In this document: positions 38,411 through 52,225 of the stretch, piece by piece
Layout of the letters: the number at the start of each line of letters is the position of its first letter
Position numbering within the stretch: position 1 is the first letter of the stretch
NCBI RefSeq assembly: GCF_018977255.1
Contig: NW_024704743.1
Location: forward strand, 28,954,001 to 29,018,000
DNA length: 64,000 bases
DNA from: Callorhinchus milii
Taxonomy: Eukaryota
Direction of reading: 5' to 3'
The notes under the pieces: generated by a model
Database searches by the model: none
What the model was told of the DNA's origin: nothing
What the model saw: the letters and a program-made list of their open reading frames with translations, nothing else
Position numbers and translations under genes: made by a program

Positions 38411-39825
38411 AGTCCTTGATGCAGCTTTTAAAAGAAATCCAAACAGATTTGAAATAGAAGGCAACAAAACCATTCTGTGAATATCATAAATTAGACCCCA
38501 CTGCTGTACTTCCAGAACCTTGCCTAATAATTGTTTTGTGCCACATCAAATGCCGTAAATATGGAGCACTCAGTGTTTCACTTAAAAATAAACAAAAATG
38601 CTTGCCCCCCCTGAAGCGAGTGTTGCAGAACAAGGGTGGTCTGCATTAAATAACATTTTCATAACAAGTTACTGCACTGTGAAGGAATGGGACAAAATAA
38701 CAATGATATATACTAACAATAATATAGAATCTTCTTCTGAACACAGGATAAGTTTTAACATAGAATCCTGGAGGAGAAACTTAACCTTTTCACAATCCTT
38801 CAATGAATAAAGGTTATTGACAGTTTCTGCACAAATGCCTGTCTCAGTGGGAGCTGTTTGTCACACCAAAACCGCGACCTGACAGCTATGAAAACACCTC
38901 CTAACCTATGATACACTATCGTGCTTTTGATTTGAAAGCGAAGCACATGAAAGCTACCTCAACAAATCAAAGTTAGATACACTGACAGATTATATAAAAA
39001 ACATAAGCATTCAAGGAATAAATGAGCTGGTCTCACGCACAGGCCACGCACATGACTTGACAAGTCTTACATTGTCGGTGAGATGCACGCAGTGTACTAC
39101 AACAAGTTCTCATTTATCATGGCTTATTGTTCAGCAGCAAACCACAGAGCCTTTCTATTGCATGTAGCTTTAGGGTCACACCTAGAAAGACATTATATAA
39201 CTGAAGTCTACACCACCCTTGTGTCTGTTTAAGGAGCATTTTTTTGTTGCCTCCTCTGCTCTCATGAAGGGGTGACTCATACTGAGTTAACTGATTGATA
39301 TGACAGCACAAACTGCATGAATCCACTGCAAAATTCCAACACCAACTTTGGGAAATGGCGAGTAGTAGTTTTGTGCAGGTGATCAGTCGCACAGGTACAA
39401 ACAGCCTTTCAATACCTTGTCCAAGTGGCTATCGTTCATTTGCCATCCCCAACCGTAACTTTCACAGGGTAATGTGACTATGTGGGACTCACTTAGACAA
39501 ATATGGAACTAGTTAGGACAAATTGTGCCCTCTTCTGACACTCACACACACAGATATTCCTGCAGGGAATGTCCTCTCCCCCCCTCCCTCCACCCCAGGC
39601 AGCTGGGTGAGGCTCTTTGAAAGGAAGACATCCGCTCGACGTGAAAGATATAATATAAATGTTAATCATGATTTCCAATTTACAAATATCGTAATTCATA
39701 AAATAACTACTGCACTTGCCATTTCCCAAAGCTGGCCCTGAAATTTTGCAGTGCATTCATACACATTGTGCTGTTTTATCAGTTAACTCAGCACAGTGCA
39801 GGTATTGATAACATTAACATATAAT

Positions 39826-40096
39826 GATAATAATCTAGACATCTCAAAGCCCTTCACAGAACATGTTGTAAAGTGAATTGACTGTATATTCGTGGGCAAA
39901 ACCTGACAGCCAATTGCGCACACCAGTGTCCCACAAACAGTTGTGGATTGAGTGACCAAATATTTTTTTTCTTGAGGGATTATTATCTGGCATATGGAAT
40001 AAGAAAACTTGCCCAAGGTTTCACCCTGCCAGGAATCAAAATACAGGTCTCCCACTTGCGAGGCGAGTGCTCTGATCACTGAGCTACAGGACTCCA
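39826..40096 (-). mobile_element. tRNA-Ala SINE
   Basis: Head tggagtcctgtagctcagtg on the minus strand. Confidence 0.9.
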
Positions 40097-41137
40097 TTGA
40101 TCTGATACCTCCCCAGTCTGTATGGTTAGCTGCTCACTGAATAAATTCATTGAACCATCAGAGGGGCCTTTTCCTGTGTCTGTCTTTATTGTTAAGTTTG
40201 ATTCTTTTTATTCTTTTTAAAATTTTGTGTGTCCAATTATTTTTCTAATTTACTCCTCGATGGCACACACTTCCCTGCTTCAGGTCTGGCCTCCGCATAT
40301 TGGGGTATTCTTTCACGGATGCAGTGAGCTCCTGCTCCATAAGCCACAACTCTATCCAGTAAACTATCCAACTATTGTTCAGTACTCCAAGACACTACCC
40401 CATGTGAAGAGCTCTATATAAATGTAATTTGTTGTTGCAAACCACCAGGACTGCCCTCAGTTTCATTCTTACGGAGACCTGCCGCCTATTCTGAATTTGT
40501 GGCTTACAATTGATGGGATCAGAGCAGGAGTATGTGACAGTGATTGCATTACAGCGCTTTCAATTGCAGGCACTTTGTCTATATCTTCTGAAGGTTTTGT
40601 TCCTCCACAACCGAACAGTTTGACATTGGAGCATTCAGATCATTACTCTGCAATTGATTGCTTCGCTGTGCCTTGTAATGTCACGTAATCATTGTTCTTT
40701 GTGACCAATAGGCCTTCTCACTTGTAAAGCTATTCCTATCAACTTGATATGCCTCTGGCCACTGCTCACAAATGGAATAAAAGTGCATTGTATTAGTTGC
40801 ATGAGACAACTGACAGTCATTGAATTGATTACAGGGCTGCATGAAATACATTGTTGGCACTTGGATTGACACAAATATTTATGTTTCGTCCCTTGCTCAT
40901 CCATTATGTTGTAGAAAATAATGGACACCCAGAATGTTTGCAGATCAATCATTTCATCGGGGCTGCCTTAAGTTTGATTCTTACAGAGATGTACCATTCA
41001 TTCCCAGATTTGTTACTGCTAAATATTGGTTAGTGGAATCAGACCAGACCTGACACCGATTGCACAAAAAAGCACTTTCAATTGCAAGTACTTTCAACTG
41101 GCTAAACAGAAAATATCATAAAAGAGTTCAGATGAGG

Positions 41138-41345
41138 ACAACAACAACAACAAGATTGCATTTGTATAGCGCCTTTCACATTGGGAGGACGTCCCAAGGT
41201 GCTGGACAGTGTACAGCATTTCAGAATATACTGTAAGTGAATTGTATGTATATTTGTGGGCGAAATGCAGCAGCCAAGTGCACACAGCAGTGTCCCACAC
41301 ACAGTCGTGGATTGAAATTACCAATTTATTATTGTTTTTATTATT
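41138..41345 (-). mobile_element. L2 tail adjoining a SINE fragment
   Basis: caacaacaagattgcatttgtatagcgcc followed by SINE body cagaatatactgtaag.. Confidence 0.75.
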
Positions 41346-41989
41346 ATTGTAAAAGGCATCATAAGGGATATAACTCCTGAGGGGGAACGTCCTGGCCAAA
41401 GGAGAAAGCACAGATCAAAAGGTAGTATTTTGCCACGCTTTCAATTCAATGAGCCATGAGTCATGGTGGAGGAGAAGGAATGTTAGACATTGGAGTTCCA
41501 GCATTTTCTATATTTCACAACTAGAATTCCCAGTATCTAAAGGATTTGTTTACATGGGTCCAGAGGCCTTTGTTTGACATGCTACCTCTAAACCTAAAGC
41601 AATAGTTGATAACTTGGGAATAAACAGGTTGTTACAGTGAAAATTGTGACTTTAACCTTTGAGAGAGCAGTCAAACTGTCAAGGACATACATGATTAAAT
41701 CCTGAATGTCACTTCCATGTAAATCTATTATTTTCTATAATTATAAATCCAGACAGTTGCAGAGTTTGTCCTCTTTCCTTTTTGGGGATGGGGGTAGAGG
41801 AAAGGTCTGTGTCAATTGAATGTTTCATGTTGTTGTATACATGACATTCATACCCACCCTAAAAAAAACTATTACAGTAATAAAGTTACTCAAGCATCAG
41901 GAATAGAAATAATAACTTAGAGAGGGCCTTTCATATAGTTTAAACTTCTCAAAACGCTGAGGTTTCATAAAGTGATGTTAATTCTCATT

Positions 41990-42190
41990 GGACTTGCCAT
42001 CCTGTGCCTAATACTCTCCAGAATTAGGTAAGTCGGGTGTGTCCCTCCAGGTATTCCAATTGAGACAGGAAAATTTCCATGTGTGGGTGGTTTATATTTG
42101 CATAACTCTTATTCTGGTTTTGATACTCTTAAGCAATGGACTTTCGCATGCAATGGATGTTTGTGTCAAACATCTGGCTGACCGAAAAAG
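41990..42190 (+). repeat. Family X, sense copy
   Basis: ctccagaattaggtaag..aatttccatgtgtgg..gatactcttaagca..gtgtcaaacatctggctgaccgaaaaa. Confidence 0.7.
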
Positions 42191-42737
42191 AAGTTAATTC
42201 TAAGTGAATTAAAATAAACACTGAAAGAATTACCAATAAAAAGTCAAGAATTTAAATTCTGTTTGCTCAGATGACTCATTTCTCTCTTATTTCCCTCTTT
42301 TTCCTATTCTACCCGTCCTTTTTTTTTTTAATCTTGCCTTTCATAACCTGTCTGACCTGTTCCATTAACTTCCCTGTTTCGTTAGGTTTAGAGAAAAAAA
42401 ATGACTTACCTCTCCCTAGCTGATGCTCCGATCGATCCACTTTTTGGAGTTGGGAGTAAATTAGAGAACAATTGCCTTTTGAATGTTTAAACAAAACCAG
42501 CTAATCATACCCACCCATTTCGTTTTGCTTAATGGAAAAAGAAGAAGTCTCAAGATTGATGATGTTGGGGTCATTCTTGGCACGAACAGGTCAACTTTTG
42601 ACACTTGCCATCTCTGTATCCAAACAGATCATGGCCACAGACACACAAGTGCACTCTACCAGTCCCAAACTTATCATGCTTTTAGCTGATTGCAATCACC
42701 CAGAGAATGCTAATGGTTAAAATTATGATGCAATTTA

Positions 42738-42794
42738 CTGCGTGTTTATTAAATCATAAATCCACAATGGATTTATGATTTAATAAACATGCAG
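42738..42794. repeat. Near-perfect hairpin, 27-bp arms, 3-nt loop
   Basis: ctgcgtgtttattaaatcataaatcca-caa-tggatttatgatttaataaacatgcag, one G.T pair. Confidence 0.95.
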
Positions 42795-44757
42795 CTTTCT
42801 GGCAAACAGCAGAAACAATAGATATTTATAGGTCTATTTTTGGCAAGCTGACTTTCTATGAAACATGGTAAGGGGGAATTGAAACAAATGGGCATGTGGT
42901 GCTATAAAAATACAGACCTACTGTAGGAATTGTGCGTAACTCTTGTTTCTACTACAGAAGTGTTAAACAGGAGAGTTTGGCTTGAATCCTTTCACGCTAC
43001 TGACAATAATAGAGAGAAGCAGCCTGTGGCTATGACGCTTACTCCTGCTATCTTCCAAGGGCAAAAATAAGATTTGTGACTGAGAAATGCTTTCCAAATT
43101 TGCACAGTGATTATATGCAGTTATAGCTTCATCTACAAAATTGCAAACTAATAATATTTGACCCTACTTCTGTACCACAGCTAACAAACATGCTGTACCG
43201 AATAAAGCTTGATGGAATGCCTGGCTTGTTGGAAGCTTTATACAATATAATGAGGTTGTTTGAGACACTGGATACAGCTCACCAAAACATCTCACCTTTT
43301 TGACCTCAGATGTGCCTTCCATAATGCAGGAGAGGTCTGTTTATTTTAATTAACATATGTAAGGTGTGCATGTACATTAGCGTCAAGCAGGAAAATCCAT
43401 GTTGAATGGCAACACAGTGGGTTTTGTTTTGCCTTTGTTTTTTTGGCACCTAGAGTTAATTTAAGCTTGTTTCAGGAGGTATTTATGTAAGTAAGAAACT
43501 CCATAGGGAGACGCCCTTTAAAAGACATAGACATTGACATAGAAAACACTGCCCTGCAACACTTTGTATAAACTCACTGAGAGGCATTCCACGCTGAACA
43601 CTGGACACCAGAGGCCTGGAGGTCCCCAGTGCCCAGCGATGTGTGGCATCTGATCAAGGTGTTTGTCCTCTTTTTTCTATTTTGTAAAGTAAACAAGCAC
43701 TTTTTTTCTAACACAATTGTCAGATGAAGCTGATTACTGCTTAGCAGTGTAACACAGGAGGATAATTTACGTCTGCACTGAAATTGGATGCTTTTGATCC
43801 TTATCTTGGTGTCGTGCCATAGATTTTCAACTAACTGCAGCATAACAGGCTAAATGCACGCTATCCCTAGGCAAATATTGCCAGTGAATGAAATAACCCC
43901 TCTTCCTCTCCATGTCTCCCTCCCACTGCACCCCCCACCCCAACACACACACACTCAATTTGGATGTTTGATGCAACTGTTTAGTTCAGATCTTTGTTGT
44001 TTGTGCAGTGATATCGGTGTGGATGGCTCAATGTTGCCAGATAGCAGCTGTTTGAAAGACAATAAGCTTTCTTTGAGCATTGGTGCACTGATGGATGAGC
44101 TGTTGAGAGGAGCACCTCTAATCCTCTCATCGCACACACTGTAGACATCCTGAGCAATGTTTTTCAGACCGTATCACTGTGTTTGACCCCTGTCATCGGT
44201 TAAAAGCTTTACATTCCTAATCAGCTGAGACAACCACAGTTTACAACATGGAACAACTGAATAAAAGTGTGTCAGTCCAAGGATGGGGTGGTGCAGGGAA
44301 CCAGCGCATCAACCTTTGCTTCTGAGGGCACGGTTTGAATAGAAGTAAGACAGATGGGATAAAGGTCTCCTCTTCTTGCTTGTTATTTAAGTGCACGACA
44401 GAGCAATCAAAAAGCCAGGTGAGCCCACTGTCCTCAACACTTTGTCTGAAACTGGCGTGTCCTACCTCCAGATTTGGCTATTTTACACAGGTTAGGAAAA
44501 TGCATTTGATTCACGTGTTCTGCCAGGCATGCAAAACAGTCACAAGATAAGATTTAAGACAAAACAAAAAAAATTATATGGTCAAATCAGACAAAATAAG
44601 TTACACTACTGGAACTCAAGAAAACGCAAGCCAACTTCAAAGAAAATTTGCACTGAACTTTTAAAATTTAAGTCAGGATTCCATAAACAAGCACTGAAAA
44701 GTTTGATTCATGTTCAAAGGTGCTGCCCTCTGGTCCAATAGTTGCATCAAACAGATT

Positions 44758-44910
44758 GTTTTTTGGTCAGCTGGGCATCTGGCATATGCAGAAACTTATC
44801 ACTATGCTTAAGAGGAAAAAGCACTCCGAGACATGAGGGGTGCTGTAGAAATGCAAGATGTTGTTATTGTCAAGAATATTGAAAACCGACTGAGAGTTCC
44901 AGGCATCCCA
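44758..44910 (-). repeat. Family X 3' end, split by an L2 tail
   Basis: ttttggtcagctgggcatctggcatatgcagaaac..gcttaagag | L2 tail | aaaccgactgagagttcc. Confidence 0.65.
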
Positions 44911-45744
44911 TGTTGAAGCTGGCTGCATTATTGGTGGAAAAAATTTTGCTGTGAAAAGTCCAACTGTTCAGGCTCTCTAAGACAATTACATTGTGTAATA
45001 TAGTTACAGGTCAATTTTCAGAAACATATTAATGACTTGTTAAATTTGAAATGCACTACTATACATATTGTACACCAGTTAATGATAATGAGATCCAAAA
45101 AATAATAAACATAGATTTAAAATCTTCTTGAAAATCTACCTCTTTGACGATGTCTATGGTCATCTCCCTCCATCCTCCCTCCCTGCTCAGTCATCTCTGT
45201 AAAGCACTCTGAGACATTGCCTTATGTGAAAGGTGCTATATAAATACAAGTTGTTGTTGTTGAAAATCAGTAGGAATTATTAATCCTTCGACTACTGGCA
45301 GATTTACTAAAATCTCATCTCTCTGTGTTGGTTTGGAAGATGTCAGATGTCACTGTGATCCTGAAATGAGTTTGTCAGCTGTATAGTTTTAAACCCAACA
45401 TTCTGATTTCTGAGTGGGCTGTGCAGAATGTAAACCCAACATCAAAAATCTGTTTTATTTTAAATAAATTGATTCTATTCCCTCTTGCTTCTGTGTCTTA
45501 AAATGCACAGACCTTAATTATTAATGTTGTTAATGTTTTCAGTGCTTTGGGACCTCCTCCGGATGTGAAAGGAGCTATACATATGTAATTTGTTGTTGTT
45601 GTTTCAATGTGCTTTAACTTAAGTCTCAAGACTTAAACTCAAACCACAGTCCCATCTCTTGGCCCACCCCTAGCCAAGATTGGATTTAGCAAGAGGTGAC
45701 TCCCCTATATAAAAGCAAACAACAATATTACAGTAATGAAATAA

Positions 45745-46140
45745 AATGATAATAGTAATGGCACTTTTCACATCAGGAGGATGTCTCACAGAATATATTA
45801 TAAAATGGAGTGATTGTATTTTGTGGGCATACAGCAATGTCCCGCAAATAGGCATAGTGAATGATCAGTTTTACTTTTTTAGAGATTGTTGGCCAGGACA
45901 CCAGGAGAAACTCCCTTCTTTTTTTAAATAGTGCCATAGGATCGTAACAACTAACTTATCAAGCGAATGGGACCTATGTTTAATATGTCATCTGAAGGCA
46001 TCTCCAATAATTCAGCACATCCCCAGCATTGCACAATGGAGTGTCGCCAAGATTATATGAGTTCTAAGCCTCAACATGGAGCTTGAACCCATATCCTTCT
46101 GACTCAGAAATAAGAGTGCTACACAGCTGCCAGACTGATA
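45745..46140 (-). mobile_element. Deu-type SINE
   Basis: ggccaggacaccaggagaaactccc..aatagtgccatagga..ccttctgactcaga. Confidence 0.8.
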
Positions 46141-48139
46141 AAGTTGCCTAAAGATCAGGAATAGTGTTAATAATATAATACAATTTATATTTCAGCAGGA
46201 CATCTCAACCGGATTATTAATTCCAGTAAGCAACTAAAATACAATGTTTATTGAAATTAAAAAAATGTTTTTTTTTGCTACTCATTTCAAAGATTCTTTG
46301 TTACTTCATATTCTCCCTTGTTTCTCTGCCCTATTTTCTTTTTTTGTCTGATCTAGGCCTCAGTTTCCTAAATATCTAATTTGGAAAACTTTTACTTTAC
46401 TTTCTGCTGGATCCAACTTTCCACACAAAGCATTTTTGAAACTCAATGTGGTTGGCTGTGGACAAATTTGAAAGATACTTTTCATAGAATCAGCAACAGA
46501 AAAAGTAATGATTGACATAAGCTAAAGAAAAATACAGTCACTACACAGTACAGTAAATCCGCTGAAGCGCTTTGAGATATCCTCCCAATATGAAGACGTT
46601 ATATCAAAAGCAAGAGTTGTGTTATTATGAGAACACACATGTTGAGATATAAGATCCGTCACTTGGCTGCAAGCATGGTTTACCCTTATTTTAACAGCTT
46701 TGAAGGGAGCACTGAACAATGTTTAACAGCAACCAACTTCAGTTTATATAAAAAGAAATATGGCTTGAGCTTGATGCCACGTTGCCATATACTTCTGCAG
46801 AAAAAAAATCACGCCTTTATTATTTTATGTGTATAGTGGGGGGATGGAAGAAACAAAGAATTAAAACAGTCAGCATTTGGCATAGCTGCACATTGCTTGA
46901 AGAATGTAAGCCAGTGTTATTGGGTAGCACTTTACAGACTTGCCAGTATCTGCAGAAAAATATAGTAATTTTTTTGTCCAAAAATTGACAAGCAATTTAA
47001 ATAATTGAAAATGAATTACATTCTCTTCTTGGAACTGTGGTATGTTGGCAGTAGTTTATGGAACACCTGCCAATCAGATGGACATATATTAATCCCTTTC
47101 CAGGTTACCTGTAAATACCGTTGCTGCAGTGAGCACACAGGTACTTTGCTGTATAACTACCAGTGCTCATGTTGGCTTCTGCTCCTGAGGGTATCGGGAT
47201 CTTGCTCATTAAAGTTATTCACTTTCGAGATTTATCATGAATGTTTATTTAAAAACGACTAAAACTGACAATCAGATTCGCCTTATCTGATATTAAGGGG
47301 ACGGATCAACAAATCAAGTGAAAAAAGTTCTCACGCACCTCTGAGTGCCGTGCCAATGTATCCTTTATACAGGAGACTGTGCTGACATAACCAAACAAGA
47401 TAAGATGAAATACAAGTCACGCAATGTGCTCTGGCTGCTCTTCTCCATCTACATTACCATTGTGGCATACACCCTCAGGCAATAATCCTAAGAAGCCTAG
47501 ACAAGACGAACATTTCTGAACTAAGAATACACATTTGAATAGGTTATATTTTACCCTCCTCTTTCTAAGAGATTACCATATTTACCGAAAACCTTTGTCC
47601 ATACATTTCTCTCATTTGTTTTACTGTAATTTGATAATCTAATGACAATCTGGTAACCTTAGCATTAAAGACCTGGCTCCCAATTTTCTCATGTTCTTTG
47701 TCTTAAACCCATTTCAGAAATTTATCTTTTTACAAACCTACATAAAAATGGCTTCCAAATTAAGATTGAGTTTAAGAATTTTCCAGTATTCCACGCAAAC
47801 TTGAATTTTGTGACCATAACGCTGAAATCATCAGAGATTTCAGGCCTCTTTGCAGTAAATTCTGTGAAGCACTTTGAGACATCTCAAAGACATGATAAGG
47901 TGCTATATCAAATACAAGGATTACTATTATTATTACCACAAAATAGATTTATCCACTGAGTAATAAGAGGGGGTGAAAAGTGGAGTGAAATTTGCTGCAT
48001 TTGTGATATCACTTGAATCTGGTTTGAAACATCCTATAATTTACCCCAATATTTTGATAACTTTTCGACTGAAATCATGTGGCTGTTATATTAGCCGCAG
48101 ACATAATTCAGATCAAATATAAGATAGTGACTTAGGGAT

Positions 48140-48340
48140 CTAAAAAAGAATTTAGGAAGAACTATTTCACATAGGTGAGAATGTAGAACTCTCTGCCTGA
48201 AGCAATGGTTGAAGCAGATAGAATAGATGCTTTAAGAGGAAGCTAGATATACATATGCAGGAGAAGGGTATGGGATGGAACAAGGAGGCTCATGTAAAGT
48301 ATAATCACCGACACAGTCAACAAAATGTTATAAATTTTAT
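48140..48340 (+). mobile_element. CR1 3' fragment
   Basis: tttaggaagaactatttcac..gaactctctgcc..gaagcagatag..gaagctagat. Confidence 0.7.
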
Positions 48341-48704
48341 GTAAATCTATTTAGCACTTAAAGGGTTGACACTGTGTCATTTGTTGGCTGAATTCTGGGA
48401 GATTTCAGTCTCATGCTATCTGAGTCACTGTTAGCTATGGTGGCTAATATCATTTTGTGCAAACCACCTCAGCAGGATATTAAGAGCAAAGTTAAACAAG
48501 TAACCTTTTATCAGTGTGTCACGTCAGAGAAATGTTCCCATAATTGCATTAAAAAGAATTTCAAGGGTTATGGATGAAACATTGAATGAACTTGTAAAAA
48601 TAATGTTTATTCCCAACAACTCCTAACTTAAAACATACTGTTTTTTTTATTTGATAAAGAAAACTGGATTATGCAGGAAAAAAAGTGAATACAGGTAAAA
48701 TAAT

Positions 48705-49100
48705 ACATTTGATACAGCACCTTTCACATTAGGACAACTCTTAAAGTGCTTCACAGGATTTTACTGTAAAGTTAGCGATTGTATATTTTATAGGCAAATG
48801 CAAAAGCTAATTTGTGCATAGCAATGTCTTACAAACAATTGTATCAAACATGACAAATTTATCAGGGGGATTATTGGCTAGGACACCAGGAGAAACTCTC
48901 TTCTCTTTTCAAATAATGCCACAGGAACTATAAAGTCCACCTGAACAGCTAGACAAAACCTTGATTTAACATCTCATCCAAAGGACAGCAATGAAGCATT
49001 CCTCAGCATTGCATTTAAATGTCAGCCTGGACTGCCAGTTATATCAGCGTCATTCAACCCACATCTTTCTGACTCAGAGGTAAGAGTGCCTACAATTGGA
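48705..49100 (-). mobile_element. Deu-type SINE
   Basis: ggacaccaggagaaactc..gtccacctgaacag..tttaacatctcatcc..ttctgactcagagg. Confidence 0.8.
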
Positions 49101-49949
49101 GTCAAGCTTCTGAGAAAATGAGAATAGAAAACTACTATTCTTGAAATATTGGGGTAGAACTTTTCACAAGATCACAAGATTGGTTTGGATGAAGAAAAAC
49201 AGTCAAATAAAGGCTATCTCTGGGGCAGATAGAATACAAATTTCACTCCTCTTCACCTAAATAAGCCATACAATGAACAAAAATAAATGACAAATAAGCA
49301 ATTTGAAAGCGAGTGTGGGAGTGCTCAAGAGCAGCAGCTAAGTGAATGAAGGGACTGAGGGAAATGTGTAATGTAAATGTAATATTAAATGAGTTCAGTA
49401 TCTTGGTCTCAGCCACGTTTCCCGTAACCCATTCATACTGAATGACTGATGATACAGACTGTGTAAACAAATACTTTCTGGAATCTGCCACCCAAACTAG
49501 AACATATTTTAGCTACTGAACATAATTATAAATCATATGGTGGTAAAAAACATTACCAAGTAACCATGAGCTCAGTTCTATATCATCTGGTTTTATATGA
49601 TAAAAATCAGCCCAAACTCTATTACCTTCAACTTCAAACAACATTGGAAACATTCCACATCAAAGCATGGATTATTATAAAGCAAAAAAATTCACCGTCC
49701 CAGATATAAAGTAATGGTAAATGCTGCTTATGAATGTGTGTAAGGTACTAGGCACAACTCGACGATCAGCTGATAGCATAAACCACTTGAGCTTTTCCCA
49801 TGTGCAGCATCATTTAAACTCCTTGTTGAGATCAGCAGATTGTAAGTGATGGACAGAAGTCCAGTATTAATGGTTACATGAATTATCCAAGAAGTTGCAT
49901 GTTACAAAATCAATCACATATAAATTTCCAAAAAACAGAATTACTGGAA

Positions 49950-50150
49950 ACACAATACAATTTAGATTTTTATAGCACCTCTCACGTTGGGAGGACATCT
50001 TCAAGTGTTCACAGTGCTGAATGGACACCAGAGCTGGGGGTGGGAGGGAGTGGGGAAGGGAAAGATGACCAAAAGTGTGGTCAAAGAGGTATATTTTGGG
50101 ACAGGCCTTGAGCAGAGGAGGAAGGGAATGAGTCAAAGAGATTCCAGGAT
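49950..50150 (-). mobile_element. L2 3' end
   Basis: Minus frame IYLFDHTFGHL plus L2 tail. Confidence 0.75.
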
Positions 50151-50477
50151 GGGAGTTGTTATATCACTTGATCCATGTAAGAGTGTGTTAGTGAACTTGT
50201 TTATTTGTCAATTCAAATCTCATAAATCATCATTCTAAAACCACACACTTTGTTGCATTCCCAGTGTCTTTTTGTACTTCCCGCTCTTCTTCTTATTGGC
50301 CTTTTGTTAATTGTCAATTAACTCTTAAAAGAGTATCAACAGAAGTGAGTGGGAGTGAATCTGTGAGCAGGGGTAGCATGGCTGAAAGCCCACCTGCTGA
50401 TGGTAGGCCGAGGGATATGAAGCAGGCCAGTGTTCATTGAGTGAAAGAGAATGATAGGTTACAACATAGATCAGTAC

Positions 50478-50835
50478 ATAGCACTCTTGCCTTTATGGCA
50501 GAGGTCATGGATTCAAGATCCATATTGGGTTTGAACTCATAGTTTAGGCTGAAACACCAGAGCAGTGCTGACAGAAGTGCTGCATTGTTGGTGGTGTCAT
50601 CTTTCAGATGAGATGCTAAAGATGTTAAACCAAGTTCCTGTTTTCCTGTTTAGGTGAAGATCTCAAGACAGTACATTTGAAAGAGTCAGTTTTTCCAGGC
50701 TTTAATAGGTCATTCACCTCATTGCTGTTTGTGGGATCTTGCTAGTACAAATGGCTGCCACGTTTGCCTAGAGATAGTACCACAGATAGATGGTTGACAG
50801 ATAGTTGACAACAAATTGTTGTGAAGTGCTTTGAT
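50478..50835 (+). mobile_element. Deu-type SINE
   Basis: tagcactcttgcc..gtgctgcattgttggtggtgtcatctttcagatgagatg..cattgctgtttgtgggatcttgct. Confidence 0.8.
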
Positions 50836-52225
50836 TTACAATAGAAGAAACTGCCTACTTTACTGGAGTGATTGCAATCCCAGGATCTCAGCCTTGTCCA
50901 AATTGACAGAGGAAGTCACCTTATATCACAGCAGAGTTACTTGATCATATTGCGCACGGGTTTGTCACAACTGAATGGTCTAATTGTATGACATTGTTGG
51001 CCGGCTGGGAATCTGTAACATTTGAATGTCTCCCATGTTATTCCTGTGGTATCAAGTTACATGCATGTGAAAAGCTGATTCACTTTTCCTAAAGAGACTG
51101 CTGTTCAACAATGACGTAAAGTGCCAGCTGTGGAAGAACAACAATACGATTGATTAATTTGTTTTTTGGCAACACTTTGTGCAGAAGAATCATGAAGGAA
51201 AATGTAGGAAAACTCGAGAAACGATTCAAATGCAAAGTATGCTTTTGTTTGGTTAGTGGATGTGACTTTTGCGAAACACTTTGGCAGAGTGCAATACTTC
51301 TTTGCTAGAAAGAACAAGGTTTCATCTGCATTATGTGAGCTTGCTGCTAACATGGATCCCGAGTTTCCAGCGAACATCACTGAAGAAGTATTTGCGGCCT
51401 CTTTTAAATGCATGTCCATTGTAAATAGTGCCAAGACGATAGAATTCTGGCAGTGTGTCAGAGAGGGATGGCCTCATACAGAGAAGGAAGTTTAAAGGGT
51501 CATTTAATTTCCATGGGACAAAATAACAATTTCCATTAATGTTGGCAGCATTCTGTTTGAAAACGTGCGCAATGTGTTTGCACTTCCTTCATTGTTTAAC
51601 CTCTGAGGCAGCATCATGTGATTAGCCTGCCTGAGGCCTAATGTAGACAAACAGTCAACCAGAAGGAGCCGCTAAGTTACTGTTGAGGGATAATTCTCCC
51701 CTCTGATTTTCCATTCCTCCTCTTGCGAGCCTCCATTCACCATTGTCATGTTCATCTGAAGAAGTGACTGGGATTTATACTGTGCTTGTCCCACTATATG
51801 TCGTTGAGTGCCAAGTTTCTGATGGACACCGCCACCCGTACATTAGCAGATTGACTGTTGCGAGCTCTACTTAAACCAAAGCATTGTGCAGCAAAAGACA
51901 AAATAATTCTGTTGTCAAGTTTATGGTCCAGCTTTGGTGCTTGAAAAGCTGGATCATTGAGTTATGTGATTAGAGGGCTGTGTTCACTATAGATCTGGGA
52001 ATGTCAACAAACACTGACAGCTAGTCATTCAGATTTCTCAATAAAACTCCTGCCTACGTTTACATGAACTTAACTAATCACAGAAATCAGGCCCAATCCT
52101 TAAAATAATGTCAGATATTGTTTGTAGCAGATATTAGTCTCTTGCTTTTCTGGCTTCATGTATACATTAAATCTCTGGAAATTCAGGAATGGGTCATTAT
52201 TTCTAGATCTGCCAACAAACATGAT

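Noticed and set aside
47405-47485. 26-aa hydrophobic small ORF (MKYKSRNVLWLLFSIYITIVAYTLRQ)
   Set aside because: Expected by chance at this length; no supporting signals
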